A stretch of 64,000 nucleotides of DNA. Origin: Polyangiaceae bacterium (lineage in GTDB: Bacteria > Myxococcota_A > Polyangia > Polyangiales > Polyangiaceae). The position numbers and the translations under genes are program-made. The notes beneath the pieces are model-generated. The model searched no databases, was not told where the DNA came from, and worked only from the letters and a program-made list of their open reading frames with translations. The stretch covers positions 256,001 to 320,000 of the forward strand of contig JBILLK010000007.1 of the NCBI GenBank assembly GCA_044376115.1. The letters run 5' to 3'. The first letter of the stretch is position 1. Each line of letters opens with the position of its first letter. Below, in pieces: positions 56,285 through 64,000 of this stretch.

Positions 56285-57246
56285 CGGGCGAACTCCCCTT
56301 TGTAGGTCGTGGCTTCGAGCAGCTCCGGACCAGGTTCCGGGCTCTCTTCGGCGAAGCGAATGGCGTCGCTGATCTCTTCTTCGACGGAGGCGTCGAGCGC
56401 CGCGAGCTGTTGCTCGAACCCGGCCGCCAGGAGCTCGTTGCGGCTCTTGAGCAGCGGGTCTTGCTGCTTCTTGGCGTCCACCTCAGCGGCGGTGCGGTAC
56501 TTGCCCGGGTCGCTCATCGAGTGTCCGCGGAACCTGTAGGTGCGGATCTCGATCAAGGTGGGCTCGGAGTTTTCACGGGCGCGCTTGACGGCTTCCGCTA
56601 GCCGATCGCGGATCTGCAGGATGTGTTCGGCGAAGAAGCGATCCGAGGCCATCCCGTAGCCGGCAGCCCGCGCGGTCACGTCGGGCACCTTGAGCGTGCG
56701 TTCGAGCGGGGTGCCCATCGAGTACTCGTTGTTCTCGCAGATGAACACGATCGGCAGTTGCCATAAGCCGGCCAAACACATGGCCTCATGAGCGTCTCCG
56801 ATGCTGGCCGCCCCTTCACCGAAGAAGCAAAACGTTACTCGACCATCGCCGCGATACTTCGACGCGAAGGCCGTCCCCGCGGCGATCGGTAGATGCCCAC
56901 CGACGATGCCGTAGCCGCCGAGCATGTTGTTGGCGACATCGAAGAAATGCATCGAGCCGCCCAGGCCCTTCGAGCAGCCGGTCACTTTGCCGTAGAGCTC
57001 GGCCATCGCCGAGCGCGCGCTCATACCGCGAGCGAGCGCCAGCCCGTGATCGCGATAGGTGGTGATGACGTAGTCATCCTTCTGCAGCGCCGCGTGCGTC
57101 GCAGCGGCGATCGCCTCTTGGCCGATGTAGAGGTGAAGGAAGCCGCCGATCTTGCCCTGGGCATAGGCTCGGGCCGCTTCTTCCTCGAAGCGGCGGATCT
57201 GCTGCATTTGGCGGTAGTATTCGAGATGGGTGGCGTGGTCGGTCAC
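56281..57246 (-). CDS. pdhA: Pyruvate dehydrogenase E1 alpha
   Basis: GFLHLYIGQEA, YRDH, GGSMH, GEGA...ENN TPP motif, YRFRGHSMSDP. Confidence 0.96.
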   Translation of the reverse strand: MTDHATHLEYYRQMQQIRRFEEEAARAYAQGKIGGFLHLYIGQEAIAAATHAALQKDDYVITTYRDHGLALARGMSARSAMAELYGKVTGCSKGLGGSMHFFDVANNMLGGYGIVGGHLPIAAGTAFASKYRGDGRVTFCFFGEGAASIGDAHEAMCLAGLWQLPIVFICENNEYSMGTPLERTLKVPDVTARAAGYGMASDRFFAEHILQIRDRLAEAVKRARENSEPTLIEIRTYRFRGHSMSDPGKYRTAAEVDAKKQQDPLLKSRNELLAAGFEQQLAALDASVEEEISDAIRFAEESPEPGPELLEATTYKGEFAR

Positions 57247-57342
57247 TCGCGTCTCCGGGCCGGGTTGGGTTCGGCGGGGAGGGTAGAGGCGGCGGCTCCC
57301 GTTTGAAAGGGGGTCGCGCGCGAGAGGCCGCTTCGTTCGGGC

Positions 57343-58077
57343 TCAGCGCTTCGCGTCAACCAGCTGATCCCGCCATTCCAAGAGGTCAGCGCTGCTGCGT
57401 TCGAGCCCCGGATTTCGCCAAATTTCGGTCAAGGCGGGCCCCAGACCGACCCTTGGATGCGGCCTCACATATTGAAGTGTGACGGCCATCGCGACATCGG
57501 CAAAACTGAAACCCCCGCCGCAGAGATAACGACCACCCGCGCGTTGCAACGCGGCTCGCAGCTTCGCGAGCCCTGCTTCAATGGTGGCCTCGGCCTGTGC
57601 GCCAGACACATTGTTGACCTGGTGCTTGCTGCCCAGGAACTTGGTTGCGAGGCGCGCCATCGGCTTCATCGTACTGGCAAAGCGATTGAGCGGCGCCGGC
57701 ACCGACTCTGCGAGCGCTGCGTCACTGCCGAGCAGCCGACGAACCAGCTCAGCTCGGCCAGCGTTCATCATGCTCTCTGCGGTCTCTTCCCACTGCTCGA
57801 TCTCGATCGCGAAGCCAGGCGGAAAGAGCGGTTCCCCGCGGCCTGTTCGCTCCGCAAAGCGCGCGATCGCCCCGGAGTCGGTCAAGCTCTCTGCGCCGGT
57901 GACCAACATTGGCACGGTGGGTTTCACGAACGGGCGTCGACTCGCGAGCCGCACCACGGGCTCGAACACCAGCGGCAGGTGCTCGACCGGGCGGTAGTCA
58001 ATCTGGTGGTGGTCGAGCGCCCAACGGGCTTTCTCGCTCCACGGCGACTGCGAGAGGTAGAAGAGCACCGGCCTCAT
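57343..58077 (-). CDS. Glutathione S-transferase family protein
   Basis: SPWSEKARWALD, TVP, DSGAI, FSFAD. Confidence 0.88.
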   Translation of the reverse strand: MRPVLFYLSQSPWSEKARWALDHHQIDYRPVEHLPLVFEPVVRLASRRPFVKPTVPMLVTGAESLTDSGAIARFAERTGRGEPLFPPGFAIEIEQWEETAESMMNAGRAELVRRLLGSDAALAESVPAPLNRFASTMKPMARLATKFLGSKHQVNNVSGAQAEATIEAGLAKLRAALQRAGGRYLCGGGFSFADVAMAVTLQYVRPHPRVGLGPALTEIWRNPGLERSSADLLEWRDQLVDAKR

Positions 58078-59738
58078 TGCGCGAGACCTCGTCGGCGTCG
58101 AACCTCTTCGATCAAGGCCGTCGTCGAGCCGTCATGTGCACCGGCTTTGGCGCCGGACTCGAGCTCCGGCAGGATCTTGTTGGCTAGCTGTTTGCCCAGC
58201 TCAACGCCCCATTGGTCGAACGAGTTGAGGCCCAACACCGAACCCATCACGAAGATGCGGTGTTCATACAGGGCGATCAACGCGCCAAGCGTGCGAGCGT
58301 CGAGCTTGTCGTAGAGGAAGAAATTCGAAGGGCGGTTGCCGGTGAAGGCCTTCTGTTTGGCTAGCAGCGCCTTGCGTTCCTCGGGCATCGAAGAGTTTGC
58401 GAGTTCTGCCAGCGCCTCGGCCTCGGTCTTACCGCGCATCAGCGCCTCGGCCTGAGCTAGGACGTTGGAGAGCAGCAGGGTGTGATGACGGCCGAGCGGG
58501 TTGTGGGTGTTGGCGGCTACCAGAAAATCACACGAGACGAGCCGCGTGCCTTGGTGAATCAATTGGTAGAACGCGTGCTGACCGTTGGTCCCCGGCTCAC
58601 CGAAGAGTACCGGCCCCGAGTCGGTTCCAAGGCTGTCCCCGTCGGCGCGCAAGCCTTTGCCGTTGCTCTCCATATCGGCTTGCTGCAAGTAGGCCGCAAA
58701 GCGGTGCAGATATTGATCGTAGGGGAGGACCGCGTGCGCGCCGATGTTCCAGAAGTTGGCATTCCAAATGCCGATTAGCCCGAGCAAGAGCGGCAGGTTC
58801 TCCTCGGGTGGTGCCGAACGGAAATGCTCGTCCACCAGGTACGCGCCCTCGAGCAGCTGCTCGAAGGCATCCATCCCAATCGCGATCGCGATCGAAAGTC
58901 CGATGCTCGACCAAAGCGAGTAGCGGCCGCCGACCCAGTCCCAGAACGCGAACATGTTCTCCTTCGCGATGCCGAAGGCGGTGACCTCTTGCTCGTTGGT
59001 CGAGAGCGCGAAGAAGTGCTTGGCGACGTGTCGTTCGTCTTTGGCGCGTTCGAGGAACCATGCGCGAGCCGAGCGTGCGTTCTCCAGCGTCTCCTGGGTG
59101 GTGAAGGTCTTGGACGCCACCAAGAAGAGCGTGGTCTCGGGATCGAGCGTACGCAGCGCTTCACTGAGGTGAGTCCCGTCGACGTTGGACACGAAGTGCG
59201 CGCGCAGCCCCGCCTGCGTGTACGGCGCGAGGGCCTCGACCACCATCACCGGGCCGAGGTCGGAGCCGCCGATTCCGATATTGACGACGTCGGTGATGCG
59301 CTTGCCGCTGAAGCCCGTGTGAGCTCCGGAACGAATCGCCTCGGAGGCTGTGCGCATGTGAGCCAAGGCGTCACGCACGAGCGGCATCACGTCCTCACCG
59401 TCCACGTGAACCGGACGCGCGGAGCGATTGCGCAGGGCCGTATGCAGCACCGCGCGATCCTCGGTCGTGTTGATGCGCTCACCGGCGAACATGCGGTCGC
59501 GGTGGCTGAGCACGCCAGCGTCTCGAGCGAGCTCGAGCAGCAGGTTGAAGCTCGTCTCGTCGACACGTTGTTTTGAGAAGTCGAGCAACAATGACCCGCT
59601 TTGTCCCAGCGGCAAACGGCGCGAGAAACGCTCAAAACGAGCTGCGTCCTGTTCGAACAAGCTGCGCATGCTGGTGGCTTCAGCAGCTGACTTTGCGTTC
59701 TCGAGGCGCGCCCAGATCGGTAGCTCGGTCACTCGCAT
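58074..59738 (-). CDS. pgi: Glucose-6-phosphate isomerase
   Basis: GIGGSDLGP, SKTFTTQET, DWVGGRYSLWS, MESNGK, FDQWGVELGK. Confidence 0.98.
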   Translation of the reverse strand: MRVTELPIWARLENAKSAAEATSMRSLFEQDAARFERFSRRLPLGQSGSLLLDFSKQRVDETSFNLLLELARDAGVLSHRDRMFAGERINTTEDRAVLHTALRNRSARPVHVDGEDVMPLVRDALAHMRTASEAIRSGAHTGFSGKRITDVVNIGIGGSDLGPVMVVEALAPYTQAGLRAHFVSNVDGTHLSEALRTLDPETTLFLVASKTFTTQETLENARSARAWFLERAKDERHVAKHFFALSTNEQEVTAFGIAKENMFAFWDWVGGRYSLWSSIGLSIAIAIGMDAFEQLLEGAYLVDEHFRSAPPEENLPLLLGLIGIWNANFWNIGAHAVLPYDQYLHRFAAYLQQADMESNGKGLRADGDSLGTDSGPVLFGEPGTNGQHAFYQLIHQGTRLVSCDFLVAANTHNPLGRHHTLLLSNVLAQAEALMRGKTEAEALAELANSSMPEERKALLAKQKAFTGNRPSNFFLYDKLDARTLGALIALYEHRIFVMGSVLGLNSFDQWGVELGKQLANKILPELESGAKAGAHDGSTTALIEEVRRRRGLAQ

Positions 59739-59771
59739 GGCTGCGCAGGCTAACCGTATCTGGGTAGTACG

Positions 59772-60101
59772 TCAGCCGTTCTTGGGCGTCTGATCGTCTT
59801 GGGCGTCCTCGACGTCCGAAGTCTCGTCATCAGCCTTCGGCTGGCAGGCCTTGCCGCTGCCCCCCGAAATGCCGTTGCAGTTTTCTCCAGCTTCGCAATC
59901 CGACTGCTGTTCGCAAACCCGCAAACAGTAGGCCTCCGAAGCAAAGCCGCTCACGCTGTCGCAGACCTCGTCCTCGGCGCACTCGCCGGAGTCCCCAATC
60001 GATTCACACGAGGCGCCCACGCTGCCGCCTGGATCGCTGCCACAGCCCACGGCCCAAAGTATCGATAGCAAGCCAAGCATTTCGTTAACTTCATTGGTCA
60101 C
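59772..60101 (-). CDS. Small Cys-rich putative lipoprotein (start uncertain)
   Basis: WAVGC lipobox-like; C...C...C...CLRVC...C...C...C; acidic tail. Confidence 0.55.
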   Translation of the reverse strand: MTNEVNEMLGLLSILWAVGCGSDPGGSVGASCESIGDSGECAEDEVCDSVSGFASEAYCLRVCEQQSDCEAGENCNGISGGSGKACQPKADDETSDVEDAQDDQTPKNG

Positions 60102-60140
60102 GAGTGTCTCACGCTCGCGGCTGCACGCAAGCTGCTCGCT

Positions 60141-60156
60141 CGGCACGGCCCTCGCT
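60141..60156 (+). promoter_or_regulatory. Putative sigma54 promoter
   Basis: CGGCACG-GCCC-TCGCT; GG/GC spacing matches -24/-12. Confidence 0.35.
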
Positions 60157-60331
60157 TGTGAGCGAGCATGCGCCTAAGCTTTTTTCCGTCGTTCGGCGAA
60201 TTCCGCGGCAATCGGCTCGGCCCACCATTTGTGGCAGCGAAGCCGGCTACGCAGTTGGTCGAGGAGGCTTCGCGTTACGGGTCCACCCGCGAACTTGGGC
60301 GCGCAGCCGCAGGCGCAGTATCGTGAGCCCG

Positions 60332-61231
60332 ATGGTCGCTCGAAGAGTTGTTGGCGGCAGCCTCGATGGTCGCTCACAGACCTTTCCCTTCGCCACCCAG
60401 CGGCTGCCGTTGGTAGACGGAACGGTCGCGTACTTCGACCACGGCGAAGGTCCGGCCGTGTTGTTCGTTCACGGCTTGGTGGGGGACTTCACGCACTTCG
60501 AGCACGTGGCGATTCGCCTGGCCGACCAAGGCTATCGAGTGATTGGCTTGGATTTGCCTGGTTGCGGTGAGTCGCACAAGCGTCGCACGCAGCACTCGAT
60601 CGGCTCGTACGCGCGCGACGTGCTCGCATTGCTCGACGCGCTCGGCATCAAGGAGGCTTCGTTCGTCGGGCACTCGGCCGGCGGAGCCGTGGTTGCCGAG
60701 GTCGCGCACCGCGCGCCCAGCCGAGTGAAGCGGCTAGCGCTGCTCGCCTCAGCGGGCTTGCGTCGTTATCCGCGCGGGCTGGGCTCGTTGGCCCGTGTCA
60801 CGTTGCGTCCGTGGCTGCTCGAACGCACGCTCGAGCGGCTGGCCCTTCCGCTCCTGGACATGGTGCTGGTCGAGGACAATCAGTACACCCGCAAGTTCGT
60901 CGCCGATGCGCTCAATCGCCCGAGTCAGCCGGGCAGCGCCGAGATGGCTCGGGTAATGGCGGACCTCGTGCCCGAATTGGTGCGACCCACCGTCCTCGAA
61001 CGCGCCCATCGCTTCGAGCCGCCGGTGCTCGTTTTGTGGGGGGACGCAGACGGTTTGGTGCCGGCCTCGAGCGTCGCTGAGCTGCAATCGACGCTGCGCA
61101 AGCCCACCTTCGTTGAACTCAAGGGCTGCGGTCACATGCCGATGATCGAGCAGCCCGAACTCACGACGAAGGCGCTGCTCAGCTTCCTCGAGCCGGTCAG
61201 TGTGCCCGGTCGCCAAGGCCAAGCTGCGTGA
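60332..61231 (+). CDS. Alpha/beta fold hydrolase
   Basis: VHG, DLPGCGES, GHSAGG nucleophile elbow, WGDAD, GHMP. Confidence 0.92.
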   Translation: MVARRVVGGSLDGRSQTFPFATQRLPLVDGTVAYFDHGEGPAVLFVHGLVGDFTHFEHVAIRLADQGYRVIGLDLPGCGESHKRRTQHSIGSYARDVLALLDALGIKEASFVGHSAGGAVVAEVAHRAPSRVKRLALLASAGLRRYPRGLGSLARVTLRPWLLERTLERLALPLLDMVLVEDNQYTRKFVADALNRPSQPGSAEMARVMADLVPELVRPTVLERAHRFEPPVLVLWGDADGLVPASSVAELQSTLRKPTFVELKGCGHMPMIEQPELTTKALLSFLEPVSVPGRQGQAA

Positions 61232-62048
61232 TACGCTGCGCCGCGTGCGCGACGACGAATTGCCCGAAATTTCGATGGACACGGTGCGAGCCTCGCACGC
61301 GGTGTGGTCGCGCATCGTTCGGGGCTACTTCCGCTCGACCGTGCGCGGGATGGAGAACATCCCGGACCGCCAGTGCCTCTTCGTCGCCCATCATGATGGT
61401 GGTGTTTTCCCGGTCAACGGGGTGTGTTTCGGCGTCGCGTGGTACGACCACTTCAAGTTTGAGCGCGGCCTCTACGTCCTGACGCACGACCTGATTCACA
61501 CGCTATTTCGGCCCTTCACCGAGCTGCTCCCGCGCTCCGGTTTGGTGCCCGCTGACCGCCAATGGATGGATCGCGTGGTGGAGAGCGGGCACGATTTGCT
61601 GGTGTTTCCGGGCGCAGCTCGCGAGACCTTCCGAACTTACTGGGAGCGCGAGCAGATCGATCTCGGGGGACGCACCGGCTTCATCAAGCAGGCGATGAAG
61701 CACAATCTACCGATCGTTCCGGTGGTGAGCGCCGGCTCCCACGAGACGCTGATTGTATTGCGGCGCGGTGCTCGTCTGGCCCGTTGGCTTGGGCTGCGCA
61801 AGGTCGTCCGCAGCGCCGATAACTTACCGCTATTGCTGGGACTGCCTTGGGGCATTTGGATCCTGCCTATTTTGCCGCAGTTTCCGTTGCCTGCCACCGT
61901 GACTACCCAGGTGCTAGCGCCTGTCTTCGTGGCCGGGGACCCGGAGGACGAGCTGGCGGTCAAAGCGGCGTTTGACCAGGTGCTCGGCGCGATGCAAAAG
62001 GCGCTTGCCGCGCTGTATGCCGAGCGGCGCTACCCGATCGTCGGTTGA
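61200..62048 (+). CDS. Lysophospholipid/glycerolipid acyltransferase (start uncertain, 61200-61275)
   Basis: LFVAHHDGG, VFPG, PIVPVVSAGSHE, GLPWG. Confidence 0.87.
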   Translation: MCPVAKAKLRDTLRRVRDDELPEISMDTVRASHAVWSRIVRGYFRSTVRGMENIPDRQCLFVAHHDGGVFPVNGVCFGVAWYDHFKFERGLYVLTHDLIHTLFRPFTELLPRSGLVPADRQWMDRVVESGHDLLVFPGAARETFRTYWEREQIDLGGRTGFIKQAMKHNLPIVPVVSAGSHETLIVLRRGARLARWLGLRKVVRSADNLPLLLGLPWGIWILPILPQFPLPATVTTQVLAPVFVAGDPEDELAVKAAFDQVLGAMQKALAALYAERRYPIVG

Positions 62049-62137
62049 GCCGTGGGCTTTCGGTGAAGTACCCGGTCTAGGCTGCCTACGGCCGTTTCTC
62101 TCGAACGGGGCGCGAGTATGGTCTAGCCTGCGCGCCC

Positions 62138-62503
62138 ATGGAGAGGCGCGTGAATTCTGGGCGAGTGCTGGCCGCGGTTGCGATGCTCAGCGTGAGTGTT
62201 TTTTCTTTCGCTAGCTGCGAGAAAAAAATGGAAGTGGCCGAGTGTGACAACCTTCGCTCGGAGGGCTTCAAGATCTTGAACAAGGCGCAGCCTTGTGGCG
62301 CGGACGGCGATTGTGTCGAGGCCGTCTTTCCGGAGTGCCGCAAGCCGGTCAATCAGAAGAACTTCGACCTCTTGGCCGAGATGAAGAAGAAGACCGAAGA
62401 CGGAAAGTGCGAAGTCAAAAAGGCTGAGTGCAAAGACAGCCCGCCGGTCTACTGCAAGCAGGGTCTGTGTGTGAACCGCGAGCCCGGCCGCGTGGAGGAG
62501 TGA
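62138..62503 (+). CDS. Small Cys/Lys-rich putative lipoprotein
   Basis: Signal ending SFASC; eight further Cys; CKQGLCV. Confidence 0.72.
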   Translation: MERRVNSGRVLAAVAMLSVSVFSFASCEKKMEVAECDNLRSEGFKILNKAQPCGADGDCVEAVFPECRKPVNQKNFDLLAEMKKKTEDGKCEVKKAECKDSPPVYCKQGLCVNREPGRVEE

Positions 62504-62506
62504 GCC

Positions 62507-62920
62507 ATGTTCGATGATCGCGCTGGGCTCGCCGAGCCCAAACTCCTGGCCCTGGTTGAGATGATGGTGCTGGCCGCGGTCTCTGACGGAGACTTCGGTG
62601 AAGAAGAGCACGCTAAGGTGCGTACCTCTGTCACCAACCTGACCAGCGCTCGCTTCGATGCAGCGTTGGTCGATGAGATGATCCGCAGCGTGGTAGCGCG
62701 GGCGAAGGAGGGCACGCGCCAACAGCGTTTGGCGGTCGTGCGAGAGGCGCTCGAAACCCCGGCCGCATGCAAGGTCGCGCTCGAGTTGGCGCTCGGAGTG
62801 ATGCTCGCCGACGGCGTAATTCGAACCAGCGAGCGCGAAATGATCGCAGATATGGCGGATGGGCTCGGAATCGAGGGTGAGCAGGCAGCAGACCTTGTGC
62901 GCTCGCTCTCGCGCGGATGA
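62507..62920 (+). CDS. TerB-family protein
   Basis: AAVSDGDFGEEE and LADGVIRTSE duplicated ADG..E motifs; GGAG RBS. Confidence 0.85.
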   Translation: MFDDRAGLAEPKLLALVEMMVLAAVSDGDFGEEEHAKVRTSVTNLTSARFDAALVDEMIRSVVARAKEGTRQQRLAVVREALETPAACKVALELALGVMLADGVIRTSEREMIADMADGLGIEGEQAADLVRSLSRG

Positions 62921-62998
62921 GCTCGCGCCGTTGAAAGCGGGTCGGCTGTTGGCAGAGGGCGCTTCGGAGGCTACGCTGAACCGAAGTACCCGCTCCCT

Positions 62999-63853
62999 AT
63001 GAGTTCCACGCTGCCCAACGGCATGATCCCTTACCCGACGCCTGGGTCTTCCCTGACCTCGCATCGCGGTACGTATGTGATCGGCAAGCTGATTGGCGAC
63101 GGGCAATACGGCTCGGTGTTCGAGTGCATGGGCCCGTTTGACCAGCCCTACGCCCTGAAGATGCTGCGCCCGGCGAACAAGCCGTATCACGTGGTGCGCG
63201 AAGAATGGGCGCTCGAAATGAAGCGGCTGGAGAGCTTCCGCCACCCGAACATCGTCTATATCCACGATGCTTTCGAGGACAACTACCTCTTCTACCTCGC
63301 GCTCGAGCAGTGCGACACCAGCCTGCGCGCCCTGCTCGAGCTGGGGCCGCTTTCTCCGCCGCTCATGGTGGAAGTGACGCGGCAGCTGCTGCTGACGTTG
63401 CAATATCTCCACGACGCCGGCCTCGTTCACTCGGATCTTCACGCCGGTAACGTCTTGCTCTCGCAGGTGGACCGCTGGCCGGTGCTCAAGCTGACCGACT
63501 TCGGGGTAGCTCACCAGTTGAACGGTCAGAATTGGTTCCGTCCCCGCGTGGCGAACCCCAAGATCCTTACGCCGGAGCTGGTCGTTGCGGGCTACACCAC
63601 GCGTCAGAGTGACCTCTACCAGCTGGGTTTGTTGCTCTACCAGATGCACACCGGCCGCAGCGCGATGGAGGGCGCGAGCCAGTCCGCCGACGTGACCGAG
63701 TACATCCGCGAGGGAACGCCGAGGGCGCTGGCCGAGGCGCTAGGCACCCCGTTTAGCCCCGTCATCTCGAAGTTGCTGCGTCGTCGCGAGGGCTACCGCT
63801 ATCAATCGGCACGCGAGGTCTGGGAAGACTTGCGCAAGTGTGTGTGGTGGTGA
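62999..63853 (+). CDS. Stand-alone Ser/Thr kinase-like protein
   Basis: GDGQYGSV, YALK, HPNIV, HSDLHAGN, DFG, TPE, SDLYQLG. Confidence 0.88.
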   Translation: MSSTLPNGMIPYPTPGSSLTSHRGTYVIGKLIGDGQYGSVFECMGPFDQPYALKMLRPANKPYHVVREEWALEMKRLESFRHPNIVYIHDAFEDNYLFYLALEQCDTSLRALLELGPLSPPLMVEVTRQLLLTLQYLHDAGLVHSDLHAGNVLLSQVDRWPVLKLTDFGVAHQLNGQNWFRPRVANPKILTPELVVAGYTTRQSDLYQLGLLLYQMHTGRSAMEGASQSADVTEYIREGTPRALAEALGTPFSPVISKLLRRREGYRYQSAREVWEDLRKCVWW

Positions 63854-64000
63854 CAAAACGGCCGGCGTGAGCCCCACCGTCGTTTCGCTGACTCCCGCCG
63901 TCTTTCATCTACCTGCCGCCGTCAGCAGGGTCGCTCAGAACTACGGCGCCCACCCGATCGTCCCGCGCGGTCCGCGCTTTGCGCCGCTGCTCGCCCGCGT

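Overview
GC-rich (roughly 65% by eye), gene-dense chromosomal DNA with about 57 protein-coding genes. I saw no rRNA, tRNA, CRISPR array, transposase or integrase. The many Cys-rich lipoproteins, FG-GAP/MopE-like/Dictyostelium-type repeats, three Ser/Thr kinases and sigma54-like promoters point to a myxobacterium, probably Polyangiales (inference). The left ~38 kb is mostly cell-surface and signalling genes. The right part holds housekeeping genes: yceD-rpmF-fabH-fabD-fabG-acpP-fabF-nrdR-ribD, def, a cold-shock gene, pdhA-pdhB-pdhC and pgi. Best leads: (1) a sigma54-like promoter ahead of a 58-aa Ala-rich lipoprotein ending in GGGW, translationally coupled to a beta-propeller/di-heme (CcP/MauG-like) enzyme, a candidate Trp-modification system; (2) an FHA + Pro/Ala linker + TadA/CpaF-like protein whose ATPase motifs are all degenerate; (3) two uncharacterised genes that may be ternary conflict-system components, divergent from a kinase-STAND-TPR gene; (4) a lipoprotein with about 17 six-Cys repeats; (5) a fabH with no standard start codon downstream of rpmF and no plsX. 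Family calls come from motif recognition only; no database search was run.
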